From Fimicolochytrium jonesii (Eukaryota), in NCBI RefSeq assembly GCF_025526975.1, contig NW_026515671.1, forward strand, positions 1,116,001-1,180,000: a DNA stretch of 64,000 nt. The letters are read 5' to 3'. The position numbers and the translations under genes are program-made. Position 1 is the stretch's first letter, and every line of letters begins with the position of its first letter. The notes below the pieces were generated by a model. It was given only the letters and a program-made list of their open reading frames with translations. It did not search any database and was not told the origin of the DNA. Below, one piece after another: positions 27,122 to 40,966 of this stretch.

Positions 27122-30100
27122 TTACTCGACTTTGAGAATCTTCTTCAACTTCACAACAAGGGCCCAATCGTCCTTGCTGAGATCGTTTCGGAAGGTTGTT
27201 TTCAGGATGTCGATCGATGGTCTTGTAATCTGTGGAATGCATAGTGAAAAGATAAGCAAGCGCTCATCCGGACATACTCATGAGGAAGCGCAAAAATACT
27301 TACGTGGGAATACAACTCGTTCTTCTCCGTGAAGTGTCTGCCGAACAGTTTTGGGGTCTCGAAGTCCGGGCACTCAATCTTGATGGCAACAGCGGGGCCT
27401 CCCTTCTTAGCTTCTTGCTGAGCCTTGTGATTCAGCTCAATGCTGGTAACCCGTCCAAGCTTGATTACACTCGAGGTCTCCTCGCTGTACACACACAACG
27501 GCGTGCCAATTCTGAGGTTACCCTCCACGACGTCGGCTCCGAGAATGATAGGATTACGACGCGAGAAGACGGCGCCCGGAACAATTTTCAGGACGCACGG
27601 GAAGACGGCTTTTGGTGCCGCGTCCGCACGCTTCTTCTCCTCCAAGTCCTTCATGTACGCGGTAAATGCGTCAAACAAGTGGTAAATGATCTCAGCGGAG
27701 AAGATCTTCACACCCAATTCTTCAGCCATCTGCTCGGCTTCCTTATCAATTGGCACGTCGAATGCTAACAATTGGGCGTACTCTCGAGCCCGCTCCAACA
27801 TTACGGATGCGCGGATGATATCCTTTTTGTGCACGGGTCCAATGTTGATGCCGGAAACGGGGATGTTCGACGCCTTCAAGAAGGTGAGGAGGGCTTCGAG
27901 GGATCCAAGAGTAGAGGCTTGGACACAGACACCTTTCCCGGACTTGTCGATATTCGACAAAAGGGATGTAAGGTCACCCATGACCTCTTCCTTGATCTCG
28001 TCTTCGTCATCGTCAGGGCCGATGACCAGCAACCGAGATCCGGCAATGGCCTTTTCGAGGTCCGGCGCAGCGATCTTGATCCCCAGGGAAGCCTTGACGG
28101 ATTTGTGGTGAACGTATTGTGATTTGAGACGAAGTTCTCTCATCGGTTGCGGTGTGAGTAACGCACGAACGGTGGTGATGATGGGTCCGTTCAATCCACA
28201 CACGCAAATCCTATCGCCTTCGTTCAGTACACCATTGGAAAGGACAACATCGATTGTCGTTCCAAGACCTTCCACAACCTTGACTTCCAAAACCGTACAC
28301 TCGAGCTCGGAGAGATACATCAGCTTTTCCGTCATCCTGGTTTGTGTCAAGTCGACGAGAAGGTGGAGCAAATCGGGAATACCTTCACCGGTGATGGCTG
28401 AAGTAGGCACCAGCGAGACGTTCTTGGCGTAATTCTTGTTCTCCCAGTACAGGCAAGCATTCAGACCTTGCTCGGCGAACTCCAGTATGACTTTCTTCAC
28501 ACGCTCATTGAATTCACGAAGAACGTGAGGTGCTTGGGAGGCCAGCGTATCTCTTGTAGGGTGATCAGGCATGGCTTTCCAGTCGTACATACGATCGATC
28601 TTGTTCAAGGCGACGATGAATGGTGTTTTGCGCTGACGCAGGAGACCAAGAGACTCCAAGGTTTGTGGCTCAAGTCCGTGAACAATGTCAACTACCAGAA
28701 TGGCAATGTTGCAGAGTGACGAACCACGGGAACGTAAGTTCGTGAAAGATTCGTGTCCTGGGGTATCAATGACTAGCAGACCAGGAAGCTTGTATCCCGG
28801 GTCAGCGCCCTTGTGCAAGAGCGAAGTCTTTTCCTTGATGGCCTCCATCGGGAAGTAAGTCGCACCAATCTGTTGAGTGATACCTCCCGCTTCACCCTCT
28901 TGCACATTGGTTTGACGAATCTTGTCCAGGACCTTCGTCTTTCCGGTATCGACGTGTCCGAGAATACAGCAAATCGGGGAGCGCAAGTCTTCGGCAGATC
29001 GAGCGGCGAGAGCTTGTGCGTGACGCTCTTTCCTACGCTCAGCGGCCTCCTCCTTCTTCTTCTGCGCCTGCTTCTGAGTGGCTGTCATCTCTTCATCTGA
29101 GTCATCCTCGTCGGAATCGTCGTCGTCATCGGAATCTTCCTCGTCAGAAGTCTCCTCTTCCTCGGAGTCATCCTCCTCGTCATCGTCAGATTCCGGTTTT
29201 GCCTTCGACGCCTTGGCTCCGTTCGCAGCGGGCTTCGATGTGGCAGCTACTGGCTTTCCGTCGGTCTTCTTGGCGACGGCCTTCTGTGCTGGTTTGCCGG
29301 CTGGTTTGGCAGCTGGCTTCGCCCCAACCTCCTTCGTTGTAGCTGGTTTTTCGACCTTCTTGGCGTCTTTCTTCTCCTCATCGCTCTCAGCGTCCCAGGC
29401 GTCTTTTACGTCATCTTCTGATTCGACGTCCCACTCGTCCTTGACATCCTCATCATCACTCTCCTTCTCGGCGACCGGCTTCGTTGTGCTCTGCAGGATA
29501 GCTAGTAATCGCTCTTTCTCCTCCTCCTCAGCCGTTTTCGCAGCTTCCGCTTCCGCTGCAGCGGCGCGTTTCTTCTCCTCTTCTCGTTCCTGACGCTCGG
29601 CCTCTAACCGTTGAGCTTCCGCTGCCCGCTGCTTCTCCTCCTCTTCCTTGGCAGCGACGGGGTTCTTTTGAGCTCCTCCCTTTTTTCGGTTGCCGTAAAC
29701 GACCTTTTTTGGCTTTGCGGCTTCCGCCGCTTCGGCGGATTCAGCGTCCTCGCCCAACCCTTCGACCTTCATGCCCGCAGCGATCATGGCGTCCAGGCGG
29801 GCTTTCTGCTGTGCCTGCGCTGCCTTTTGTGCTGGGGTGAGGTATTTTCCGGATTTCTTGAGCTCCTCTTTCTTGGCCTGGAAAAGAAACGCTGTTACCA
29901 CCGGAACGTGTTCATCTCAGACCACGGGCTGGTCCCTACCTTCTCCTTCTCCTTCTTTCTTTGACGGGCCTCTTCCCGCTTCTTCTCCTCCTCTTCGATG
30001 CGAGCCTGCTCTTCTGCTATCCGCCGCTCCTCTTCTTCCTGCTGTCTCCGAGCCTCTTCCTCGGCAGCCTCTTGGGCAAGTTTGGCCTCACGAAGAGCAG

Positions 30101-31009
30101 CAATGATGGCGGCCGGCTTCTTCTTTCCGGCCGCGGCTCCCTTCTTCTTCTTGTCACTCTTCTCCTCCTCCTCTTCCGGTGCCTCTACTGGCTCAGGAGC
30201 GGCGGCCTGAGCAGTTGCGGTCTTCTTGCCTGCTTTGGCTTCTTGCTGCTTCTTGGCAAGCTTCGCCCGCTCTTTACGCTCCTTCTCTTTCTCCTTTTTC
30301 GATTTGATTCTGATCTCACCGGGCTCCTGAACATCGTCGTCGGAGTCAGAGTCCGCTTTTGCCGCTTTCGCGGCAGGCTTCCCTTTGCCAGCTTTGGGTG
30401 CTGGGGCAGGTGACTGTGGTTCCTCGTCCATGTCCGCAGCTATCTGATCCATCTCCGCCTCAAAATCGTCCCCGCCCTTCTTTCCTTTCTTCCCCTTCTT
30501 GGCCTTGGCGGCAGGTTTGGCAGAGGCCTCCTCGATTTCCGCGGCGACACGGTCCATCTCACTATCATCAGCCTGGTTCTTCTTTCCCTTTTTTCCTTTC
30601 TGAGCCGGCTTCGGGGAATCAGGGATAGGGCTGCCTTCAACCTCAGCTTCCTCAGCATCCATCCTGGCGAGAATGGCGGCGGCATCCTCTTCGTCGTCAT
30701 ATCGGTTCTTTTTGCTCTTCTTTCCCTTCTTGCCGCCCTTGTTCGCCATCAAGGTGGCCATAAGACCGCCCAAATCGTTTCCCTCCTCATCGACGTTCAA
30801 AGCATCATCATCGCCGTTGACGGTGTGAAAGCCATTCGTGGGTTCCGCCGCTGGATCGAAGGTGATTTCAAGCTCGGAATCCGATTCGTGGCGAGATGAT
30901 CTGCAAACCGGCGCATGAGAACGACAAAGGCACTACTCTCGACAGGCATCCAAGGCTCTTACGATTGTTGCGGTTGCTTTTGGGCCTTAGCCCCCTTTTT
31001 CTTCGCCAT
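27122..31009 (-). CDS. EIF5B: Translation initiation factor eIF5B (IF2/Fun12)
   Basis: Charged N-terminus, then [47 protein letters not shown], and ...[15 protein letters not shown]. Confidence 0.97.
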
Positions 31010-31673
31010 CTTACGTGTGAGGGAGATCTCACTATACAACAAATGCCTGGATGTTTGCCCGGGGATTTTGTTGCTAGTGAGGCGATCGTTTTGTATCGGA
31101 CAGAGTGTGTCGTTTCTAGTTTGTCCCCAGTTGAACGGAGATCTATATCCAATGTGCGAAAAGGCCCGTTGAGTCGGTCAATTTAAGTTGCGACAGTATC
31201 CAGAGCCAGAGTTGGACACCTCTCAAGAAGGTGCGATCTTAGACCCTCGTCTCACCTGTCAGACTCTGCAGTTACAGCCTGTCCACTATGTGTCGCTAAT
31301 CCACCTTTGAGCTCGGTCTTCGGAAATTCTGAGGATCAGCAAAGGCCCAGTCGACTACCGTCGGGTCACATGTCGGATCACGTGAATTGACCTCTTTTTA
31401 TGAGACGTTCTGTCTTTCGGCTTGACACAATTGTTACAAAAGGCAATAGGGGTTGGAAGGGTAGCAGTTTATCCATGTCAAAACGAGCTAAGTGGCAAAA
31501 GAGTGGATACGTCCCCCAAATGATCAAAAAGAACAATTTGTACAGGAAATTTGGATGCGCCAAAAAGTCCGTATAGGCCCTCAGGAATATTTCTTCAAGG
31601 CGCATAGAAAATGACCAGTGTGCTGTGCTCGAACGTATGTCTCAATGACGAGTGTGTGTTGTAAGACATGGAA

Positions 31674-34600
31674 TCAGAGTTTCGGTCGAGAACTGCTGGC
31701 CGCCGCGGTTTCACCGCCGTAATACATTGCGGCTGGCGGATCTGCGGGCTTCTTGACTTTCCCTTTGCTTTTGCCCTTGATCCTGTCGATTGAGAACGCG
31801 GCCAGGCGTGCCAATCGAAGGACTCGGATGGCGACTGGGGAATGGATCGACGTTAGTAAACGTATGCGCGATCGCAACGAAGGACTCAAATGTAATACGC
31901 ACCTGTTGCGGTGTCACGCCTGTTCTTCCCTTCCCTCCTAAACCGTCCGATGTGTTCACAGAAATCCCACAGGGCAGATTCAGGGTGAATGTCAGACCAG
32001 GGATCCTGAATGTCCTCCTCTGGTGGAGGGGTCAACGGGTATGTTGCCGCCGATGCCGTGTTCTGCACCTCCGGAATCGCCGATGTGCCAGACGGGACTT
32101 GACCAGGCCGGCGATCGCGTGGTCGTCGGAGCTTACTGGTTGGAAATGCGGGTACAGCTGCCACAGTGCCTGCCTGGAACAGGTCTACCGCGCTTGCATT
32201 GACCGTCGCTTTATCCGATTCGAGTATCGACGCCGCTTCAGCAGCCGCTCGAGCTTGGAAGGCTACGATCGTTGGCGGCAGTCTATCACGGGGTATGTAT
32301 TCCGGTGCGATGGCTATCCATGTGATCGATGTGCCTGACGCGGGTTGTGGTGGTGGGGCTGGGACAGTCCCAGATGGGACGGGCAGTCGGGGATCGCGCT
32401 TCGGTGGCAGCATGGAAACATCGAGGTACGGTGCGGTTTTTGATGGTGGCAGCGGGCTTTTGTGGGTGAGTACGACACCCATGTCTTTGAACCGGGCGAG
32501 CGCGTTTTTGATGGTTTCCTTGTTGATGGACTCGAAGTAGGACAGGTCGCCTTCATAGTATAGGGTTTTGCCCAGATACTGCGCCCTGTTCATGAATACT
32601 CTTTCGTCGACCCATTCCAATGTGGGTGTCTTATTGTCAATGGCTGGCGGGTTCTCCGGTATTATCGCGAATAAGCTGACAGCCGCAAGCCAGTACGTCT
32701 CGATGAATGGCCAAATGAGGAAGCAATAAAAGTCAAATGTCTCTCGGCCAAGTCGTCGTTCCTCAGGGCTTAGAGATATCCAGTGCGCCACGTCCGCGCC
32801 GGACTCGGAGGTGCCCAGACGCTCCTCCTCAATCGATATCACGTTCGCAGCGTGTAGTTTGGACACGGTGTCTTCCAAATTCCTATCCAGACCGCCCGGC
32901 CCGTAAATAAACTCCGCTTTCAAGAGCTGCGAGACGAAAGATACGTCTTCGGCTAGCGATGGTCGCAACATGATTCGTTGACTGTGTACGGGACCGCCGT
33001 TCTTCACGGTGGCGTACATGGCCATGGATAAGATAGACTCGGCCAGGAAGAGGTGGATGACTTGATTCCGGTAAAAGCTGAGCTCAAAACGTTTCAGGGG
33101 GTAGTAGACGGGTTCGAGAAGATCTGTCCTCTGGCCAATCAGATCTCTCATCTGTTGCACAGCACGTTCGACAATGGCTGCGGTGCTCATATCACCGAAG
33201 TGGGCGACGCGGCCGGATTTCGTTAGGATCTCCCGTTTCAGCCAGTTCACCTTCCGTATTAACTGCACGAAGTAAAAGCAATGAGCACGACGGAACTCCG
33301 CCCCCGCAGGCATCCGCACTTGTCTCACCTCGTCTCTTCCTACTCCACGTCCACGCAAAGTCAGAACCACCGTTCCCACCAGCGCAGTCGGCATGATAAC
33401 GCTTGCGGCGTTGATGTCGCTCAGAATCCGGAAACCCAACGATTGCAAAAGCAGCGTCCTGTCCTTTGGTACGGTCAGAGGGTGAAATTCGGACCCTCGG
33501 CGAACCTCCTGGCTCTTGATGTAGTCCATCAATGAGTACGGCTTGGCGAACCGGATATCGATTCTCCCGAGTTTGAATTGCAAGATATTGAGGTTGCCAA
33601 AGAGCTGTGACAACGACTCCTTCTCCTTTGGGGTTCCCAGAAGCTCGTTTACATAAGATTCCGTTTCAATAACTTTGTCGTACCCGATACTCATCGGCAC
33701 CATGATCGCATCCTTCACGCGTCCGCTCGCGACGGCATCAAGCATGATTTTGAGGATCCCAAACTTTGGCTGCAGCACTTTTCCAATGCGGCTACGCGTG
33801 CCTTCGATGAAAACCTCGATGTTGTGCCCACGTTGCATCAGGAGCTAGGCGTTGACACGTCCATGGTGAGTTTGTTTTTGGCGCCTTCCTCAATCGTAAA
33901 GTTGGCACCAACCTCTATGTACTCCCGCATTAGCGCTCCATACAGCATATCATCTCCCCACTGCCGCCTTATGAAGAACGCGCCCCCAGCTTTCAAGATC
34001 TGACCAACGACAGGCATGTTGAGGTTGTCGCCGGCTGCGATGTGTGGTAGAGCTATCCCTAGCCGATAGAAGATGTAGCTATGGGAGATCATTTAGGGTC
34101 AACCATTGTCGCGCGTCTCACTTCATAGCATTGACGCACCTCAAAACAAGGTAGTCCACGTGGCTCTTATGAGATGGCAGAAAGATGAGCGAAATTCGGT
34201 TCTTTTCCGCATAGCGTGCGACTTTTTGTAGCTGAGGGCGTGCATTGATCAGTCAGCAGCTGAACGAAAGGACACGGCAGAGCAAACGAGAATGCATACT
34301 TCTACAAACTCATTCTCCCGGATATGGATTCCCTGCTGGTACATGCGAACCAGCATGCTGTTGATGAAGAAAGCGACGAATCTGGAAACCACAGCCGTCA
34401 GCCCTCCCTGGATTGACCGCGAGTCCGCGCGCATCGCGACACCTGCATTTACCGAATGGTTCGTATGGAGCTCATGCTAGCAACCATCCCATCCATCATT
34501 CGGACCAACCGCCGCTGTGTATCCGCCATCACTTCCTCGAGGGTAATGTCCCTCCGGGGTCCTCGCGTCTTCTTCGCCAATTTGTCCTTCGACGCGTAAC

Positions 34601-35181
34601 TCGAGTGGAGCTGTCGATACCGAGCTAACGAGACAGCTTTCACAGCATCTGCCACTGAAGATAGAGCAGGGAGTTGAGATCCCGACCGGAAGAGTGTGAT
34701 TGTAGACCATGGAGACTTACGACTATCGGAGGTCAGCAGCCCGGTGCGAATCTCGTCTGAGTACTTCTCGTAGAAGATTCGAGCTCCTATGTAGTTCTGA
34801 TATGCTCGCCAGCCCTGTTCCCGACGCATCGACGCATCTAATCAGTTTCGATCGGTCATTGAAGGTCGTTTCAGACTCTGAAGGTAAGTACCGTTCCAGT
34901 GTAGAACGCGGAAGACTCGGAAGTCAAACGCAACATGAATCCCAAGGGATCGGAGCGAAACCTTCCTACGCCGGTACCCCTAGATATGGTGACAAAGCTC
35001 ATAAACAAACGGCCCGGGATAAACGGAAAGCGAACCTTGAACACGGTACTTACGCGACATTGGTACTCTCACTCATCTCGGGAGTGCCGGTCGTCGGCTC
35101 GCTTTGCGGGAGTTCCGACAACACGGCGGACTCTGCGTCCCCTTGGACACCCTCTTTGTGCGGCCCCGTTGACGATGGCAT
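31674..35181 (-). CDS. PlsB-family glycerolipid acyltransferase (GNPAT/GPAT-like) ending in a PTS1-like -PKL
   Basis: Acyltransferase blocks FLPSHKSHVDYL, HIAAGDNL, GAFFIRR, FIEGTRSR and IGYD. N-terminal GWRAYQNYIG. Ends SSSRPKL*. Start codon is approximate. Confidence 0.87.
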
Positions 35182-36240
35182 GGCGCAAAAATGTACGTCC
35201 CTCCCTTGCGTTACAAGCCTCGCCTTTCCGAGAACAGAATTCCGAAATGACCCGCCGCGTAAAGATATCGGCGATAGATGGAAAAGAACACCTCGTCGTC
35301 TGCAGCTATATCGGCTGAGAGGAAGGGCCTGAGACTACTAAGAGTTATTTGTGTTCTGACTTGAAGATGGGCGGTGGGCTACGCCCGAAAAAAAGCCTCG
35401 AAAGTCACAAGTGTTGCAAGGATGCCGATCGACGTTAGTGACACCAATGCCACACGCGACGCACTCTGACGACTCATCCAAGTGCAACTTCTCACGCTGG
35501 CTCTTTCCTTTGGACAACGATCCATTGCTGTTTTTCTCACACGCCATCATATGTAGCAAGATCTACCCCAATACCGCACTCTTCGCTTACTTCGAACAAT
35601 GTACACAGCTGCAGAATCGCCCTACGCCATTATCCCGCTGGGCGCTCTCTTCCCGTCCACATCAACAGCAGACTCGACCCCGCCTACTGGCGCTCCACCA
35701 CTGTCGTTACCGCTCCAGCCCATCTCCTCCCTCCCGCCGTCTGACAACAATGGCAACGACGCCCAAGACGGCTCTGGCCAGGCCTACATATCCATAGGCG
35801 TCTTTCCTTAGCGTGCACGAGGCGTTCATGTTGGATTGGGCCCACTTAGGCACTTTACCATCTTGGGTCATCCGTCTTTGCAGCCACATGCAAAGTGGTA
35901 TACGTTGAAGCGGCAGGAACGTTAAGGGCATCGCCGCAACGGCGGGCAGAAAGTACCAAGTGGAACTTGTCACGCTCCATGCCCTGGTCGGGTGTCGCAC
36001 CAACCTTCGGACGTGGCGGTTCTGAGACATGGCGGCTTCCGACACTTCTCCCATTATTGACGGCATCACGCCACCGAGTTGCTTTTTCGCCCCTTTGAGA
36101 GAATATAACACATACGAATGGACATGTGGCATGCAGCAACGCTCAAGAAGCCAAGGTTTGCAACGATATGTATACAGTGGTGGATAGTCATTTGACATAT
36201 GATGCACAGTGTACATATACACGGATTCTTTCCCTCCCTA

Positions 36241-39200
36241 TCATGCATTTCCAGGGTTGTGCTGCGATGATGGTAAGTTGGTTAGCGACGACCCCACTTC
36301 CAATCAATCCGGTATTTCTAGGACACATACCTTGAACAGAAACTCCGCAAGGTAGTCAACGGGGTCCTGGAACCAAGCGAACAGTGATCAGACGTGGGAT
36401 CTGGCAAATCCAGATCAAGTATGACCTACCTCTGGTCGAGCTTTGCACACCTCGATGAGGCCAGATGTGAGAGTCGGCATGACATATTTCATCAAATAGT
36501 TTCTCAGAGGCACAGACTGTGCTTCTAGAACTTCTGCCTCCTGTTTCCGAACCTCTTCAAGTCGTGCGTTCTATCAGTACGGCATGTTAGTGAAAGGCTC
36601 CGTTCTGGGATAGCAACCATTTAGACTTGAAATGCGGTTTTCACCCTACCCATTCCGCAACAGCTTTACTCTGCCTTTCCGAATCCTCCTTCTCCCGCTT
36701 CAAGCGTTCCTCCTCAGCCGCAGCGACCTCTTTCGTCCGCGCTTCCTCCTCCACCCGTCGTTGCTCCGCCAATTGCTCGATGGTGGCGCCGTAGTTGTGA
36801 GCTGGGCCAATCTGCTTCGTCAGAATGCTCATTACGGCTTCCACGCCGTTGGCTTCGGTGGACACCACGAATGGGTGAACTTCGGCCTCGTCGAAGAAGT
36901 TGAGGACGGTGGTTTCGTCTGTGTTGTGGGTACGGTACTCTTCTAGGCGGCGCGTGAGGGCTGTATCCGAGAGGAATGGTTATTGTGAGCATGCTCTGGT
37001 GATTTTACGTGGCCATGAGTACATTTTCCTAGGTGATACATACCTTCCTCGGAGTTCTTTGTCCCAGCGGCGGATTCGGGTAAATGCATAGCCCGCTCCT
37101 TGATGACTTCATCGGATATGTCCAGAGAGATGACATGATCTGGCCCAATGACCTCGTCTATCTTCACCGGTCCCTTCTCGTCACCTCCGTCATCATCCGC
37201 GGCTGTATATCGATGTTCATGAGATACTTCCCGGCACCGACCGAGGCATTAGTCTTGAGATGGCAAACTCACATCGATAAAGCTCCCTCGCCTCCTCCGT
37301 AGTCGTCGGATACCCATCAATAACGTAACCCTGATTCCTACACGGCATCGACCGCAATTTATCACGCACAAAATTTGTGATATGTTCCTCGGGGTATTTC
37401 CCATTCGACGCTCTGGCAGCCTCTTTAAGCTCCTCCAGGAGCTCGCGGTCGGCGTCGATGTCGTCTTCTTGCTCTTCCTCTGTCAGGTTGCCGTTTGCTC
37501 GCCGCTCCTAGGAATGAGCAGTCGCTCATGAGAAAGGCATACTCAAAGCTCCACATTGTGCGATTTTCGCTCACATACCAGCCGTGCGATTGCTTCCGCG
37601 AGCACTTTCTCAACATCGACCAAGTGAATCGCATAGTGCTCCGCCAACTTCTCCGAGAACAATGTCTTTCCAGACGCCGGCGGGCCGTGGACCACTATCC
37701 GCAACGGGGTCAGGCCGCGAGCATATTTGTACTCTTGCACGAACCGTGGCAGGTTTTCTATCAGCCCAGACTAGACAAGCCGGCGGGGGGCTTTGTCAGT
37801 TTCTCCCTATCCAGATAGCAGAATGATTGACGCCTACCTCATACTTCCACCCAAACGACATTTCCTTCACGTGGCCCTGGTCAAGCCTTAGATTCACCAG
37901 CAATTGGTCGAAATTCAATTGCGGGATGTCGGGATTCAACAGCGCGACCTCTTTCGATGCCTTGTGCACTTTTCCAGTTCCCAGTGTTTCGCTGATCGCC
38001 TATGAAATGTTTGAATGTCAGTCGTCGCATTCACATTGATCTCCGCTGTGCATCACTTCACTGCGTACCCTCAAAACCTCGTACAACGAGTGCTTCGAAT
38101 CGTCAATGGCGAGCATGTACCGCGATTCGGGAAGGGTCTCGGCGGTGTCGACGATGATTCCGCATAAGTCGTCGATGTAGATCATCGGGAGGATGTTGTC
38201 CCCGTCCCCGTAGCACGTCAGGTCCTTGTTATGCCATGCCATCTGACGGAATGGAGGGTATGAGCATCCAATCCCTACCTTGTTCAATGACACACTCTGA
38301 ATGCTCAAATCCAAGCCGGCGCACCTTCAAAAACGGATGGAAGATACTATCCCCTGTATGATACACCAACCCAGCAGCAAGGACATACGTCCTCAACGCG
38401 CTCTTCTTCCCGGCCTTGATGATATTCTTCTCCAACGCCAAATGATCTTTGAAATTAGGATGTGGCCGCCGTCGGCGGTATTCATCTTCTCCAATAAACG
38501 CCTCAGGATCATCTGGATCGATTTTGGTCTTTGCCCATGTGAGCACGCTGGACACGCCGATAAAGGTTTTAGGACAGTCGAGGAATGTGTCGGCTTCGGC
38601 GCTTAGGGCTGATGATGCGTGGAGAGGTTAGACGGACTCTGGTGGGAAGGTATGCGTTTAAAGTGTGCTGACCTACTTTCTAATGCCCATGTTGCCTCGT
38701 CGAGACATGCGACGATGTCGTAGACGATAACGTCTGCGCTCAGCAATGCTTGTTTTAGCGCTTCGCGGTCGTTCTTCTGAATCACATTCCCCAAAGCGTC
38801 AGGATGGATTCATCCATATTGATTTCGCTGTAAAGCTAACATTCCCACCACAATAATCCCTCACCTCAACAACTTCCGCAACCCATTTCGGCTTCTCCCC
38901 TCCAACATTAAATCTCGCAATCGCCTCCCTCCTCGCCTTATCCGCCTTTCTATCCCCCGTCTCCACCATCAGCCCCGGCCTCGGTGGCGGAAATCCCGCG
39001 AGGCCCGGATCCGCATCCTGCAGCGTTCCGGAGATGATATAGTTTTCGTTCTCTTTGGGTTTCTCGGCGACGGGTGCGTCCTCCTCCTCTTCGTCGCTGG
39101 GCTCCTCTTCGGGACGGCGGGAGCCGACGAGGGTGGTGGAGAAGTGGCGGGAGAGGTTGTGTCCGAGGGGGCTATCGATGTGGGATATGAAGACTTTCAT
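36241..39200 (-). CDS. AK7: Adenylate kinase 7 (ciliary; NAD-binding-like + AK + DPY30-like domains)
   Basis: [33 protein letters not shown]-loop [17 protein letters not shown], and DPY30-like [45 protein letters not shown]. Confidence 0.93.
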
Positions 39201-39811
39201 TTTGTGGTTTTCGAGCACTAATCACTGCGAATATGCGGTTTCCACTCGTTGCAAAGCCCTACGAGATTTGCGGTGGACGCTCCACACCATTTGTGACAAC
39301 TCCGATAAATCGACGCGACGCGTAGCAGCTGCCATAAGCGTCAGGTGGTTTACTGCCAGGGTTTCTTTTAACCGCTTTGCACATTCTTCCCAATGAATCG
39401 GCCGTTTTCTGTGTGTAAGACTTTCGGACCGAGGAGCGCTTGGGCAGAGCTTGTAATTCTGGAACAAAATTGCTCTCACAAAGCACGACGTTTTGGATTT
39501 GGACAGACCCTTTAATCTGAGACCGGACAACCCAGCAATCGTCGGAATATGAGCGTCGGATTGCGTTCTTCATTACGATTCTTCCGTAAGCCCCTCCATC
39601 TATTCTATTCTAGTTGAGATCCGGAGCTCTCCGGTACTTACGTTAGGGCGTCGAACATGTAATCAGACTCGGATCGAACAGATATAAGCCAAAAAGAGTG
39701 TCTCCATGAATGTCTATTAACAACTTGTGTAATGTAAGGGTACTCAATAAGTAGATGTAGGGAGTGATGTGTACTACATGCACAACTACAAGGGGAGGTT
39801 GTGATGAAGGT

Positions 39812-40966
39812 CTAGTATCCCCTCTCCGCCAGATCGGTGGCCAGGTTGAGGTAGAAACCGATCGAATCGAACCCGCTCTTCCGCAAGACTACGCCCCGCA
39901 TCTTGGGCGGTAAAAGCTGCCAGTGATCGCACGACACTGTTCCCATAAACTCTCCCCACTTGGCGCTCGCCAGACTGACCAACCCATCATTGACGCCTTC
40001 CCGTTCCGACACGATGCGGTGGGAGAAGTAAAGTGGTGCTAAGGGCGACATCTGCGACACGACCGCGGCGTACGATGCGTAATGGACGGATGGATCGTCC
40101 GGGGTGATTTCGTTGAACGCCGCGCAATAGTCCTTTGTGAGGTTTGCGAATGCCGGGGAATCGATGGGTGAGGCTAGTGCGCGGATGAGGGGATGAGCTC
40201 GCAGTGTTCTCGTCATTGCGTCGGAAAGTGGGTTTGCGGTGTTGGTATCTTGTGGTAAATGGTGATGTGATGTCAGATGCTTTGCCACCACATCGTCGGA
40301 TTGCTTGTTGATATAGTCCTGGAGGAGACCAAGACCCAGCGAATCCCGGCACCAGTCCATGAAAGAGCTGCCACGATGCGGCGTGGCGACCGTTGTCAAG
40401 GAGTTCACCCTGAATTTTGACGATGGCAGATGGGTGATGACGTATCTGCAATCCAGCCCGCCCATCGAATGTGCCACGAGGTTCATGGCTCGCCCTTCTG
40501 CTTTGTTTTCCAGAAAGCTCCGCAGCTCCTGCGCCCTCGTTTTCAGCGCCGCCACCGTTCCCACTCTGGACACAACCACTTTGCATCCGATGTCTTGGAG
40601 TGCATTTGCGATGCCCTTCCAGTAATGAACTTGAAGCCCTGGCACTGCTTCGGGTCCCAACACATCGAATCCGAACAAACCATGGCAAAGGACCACTGGG
40701 TCTTTCGGTGCCTTGTAGTTTGTTTTGGTGACGAGCCCAATGTGTGCTCGTCGAAGTTCAGCGTTCAGTGCCGCTGTCGTGTCTGTTTGTTGCAAACCTG
40801 CCCAGAGCAGGACGGCTTCCTTATTCTTCTGCCTTTGCCGTTGCTGCAGTTGGGCCCCGGCGGTGGCGTTCGAAGAGCCAGCGCCACTCGCGGAGCCAAC
40901 GCCGACGGCTGAAAGCACACTAGAGAGTTTTTGACGAAGATGAACTGCGAAGTTGGCTAAGCTCAT
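39812..40966 (-). CDS. Tgl2-like triacylglycerol lipase (alpha/beta hydrolase), intronless
   Basis: PVVLCHGLFGFD, YWKGI, nucleophile motif AHSMGGLD, TPHRGS, NDGLVS..SAKWG, and CDHW. Confidence 0.9.
   Translation of the reverse strand: MSLANFAVHLRQKLSSVLSAVGVGSASGAGSSNATAGAQLQQRQRQKNKEAVLLWAGLQQTDTTAALNAELRRAHIGLVTKTNYKAPKDPVVLCHGLFGFDVLGPEAVPGLQVHYWKGIANALQDIGCKVVVSRVGTVAALKTRAQELRSFLENKAEGRAMNLVAHSMGGLDCRYVITHLPSSKFRVNSLTTVATPHRGSSFMDWCRDSLGLGLLQDYINKQSDDVVAKHLTSHHHLPQDTNTANPLSDAMTRTLRAHPLIRALASPIDSPAFANLTKDYCAAFNEITPDDPSVHYASYAAVVSQMSPLAPLYFSHRIVSEREGVNDGLVSLASAKWGEFMGTVSCDHWQLLPPKMRGVVLRKSGFDSIGFYLNLATDLAERGY

Noticed and set aside
29078..30413. Long Ser-rich plus-strand ORFs opposite eIF5B, and similar antisense ORFs opposite the Cid, CLC and lipase genes
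   Set aside because: These are shadow ORFs produced by the codon bias of the real charged or low-complexity coding strand.
39201..39600. RFX X-box upstream of the ciliary gene AK7
   Set aside because: Only partial half-site resemblance; no full GTYNCYATRGNAAC-like match.
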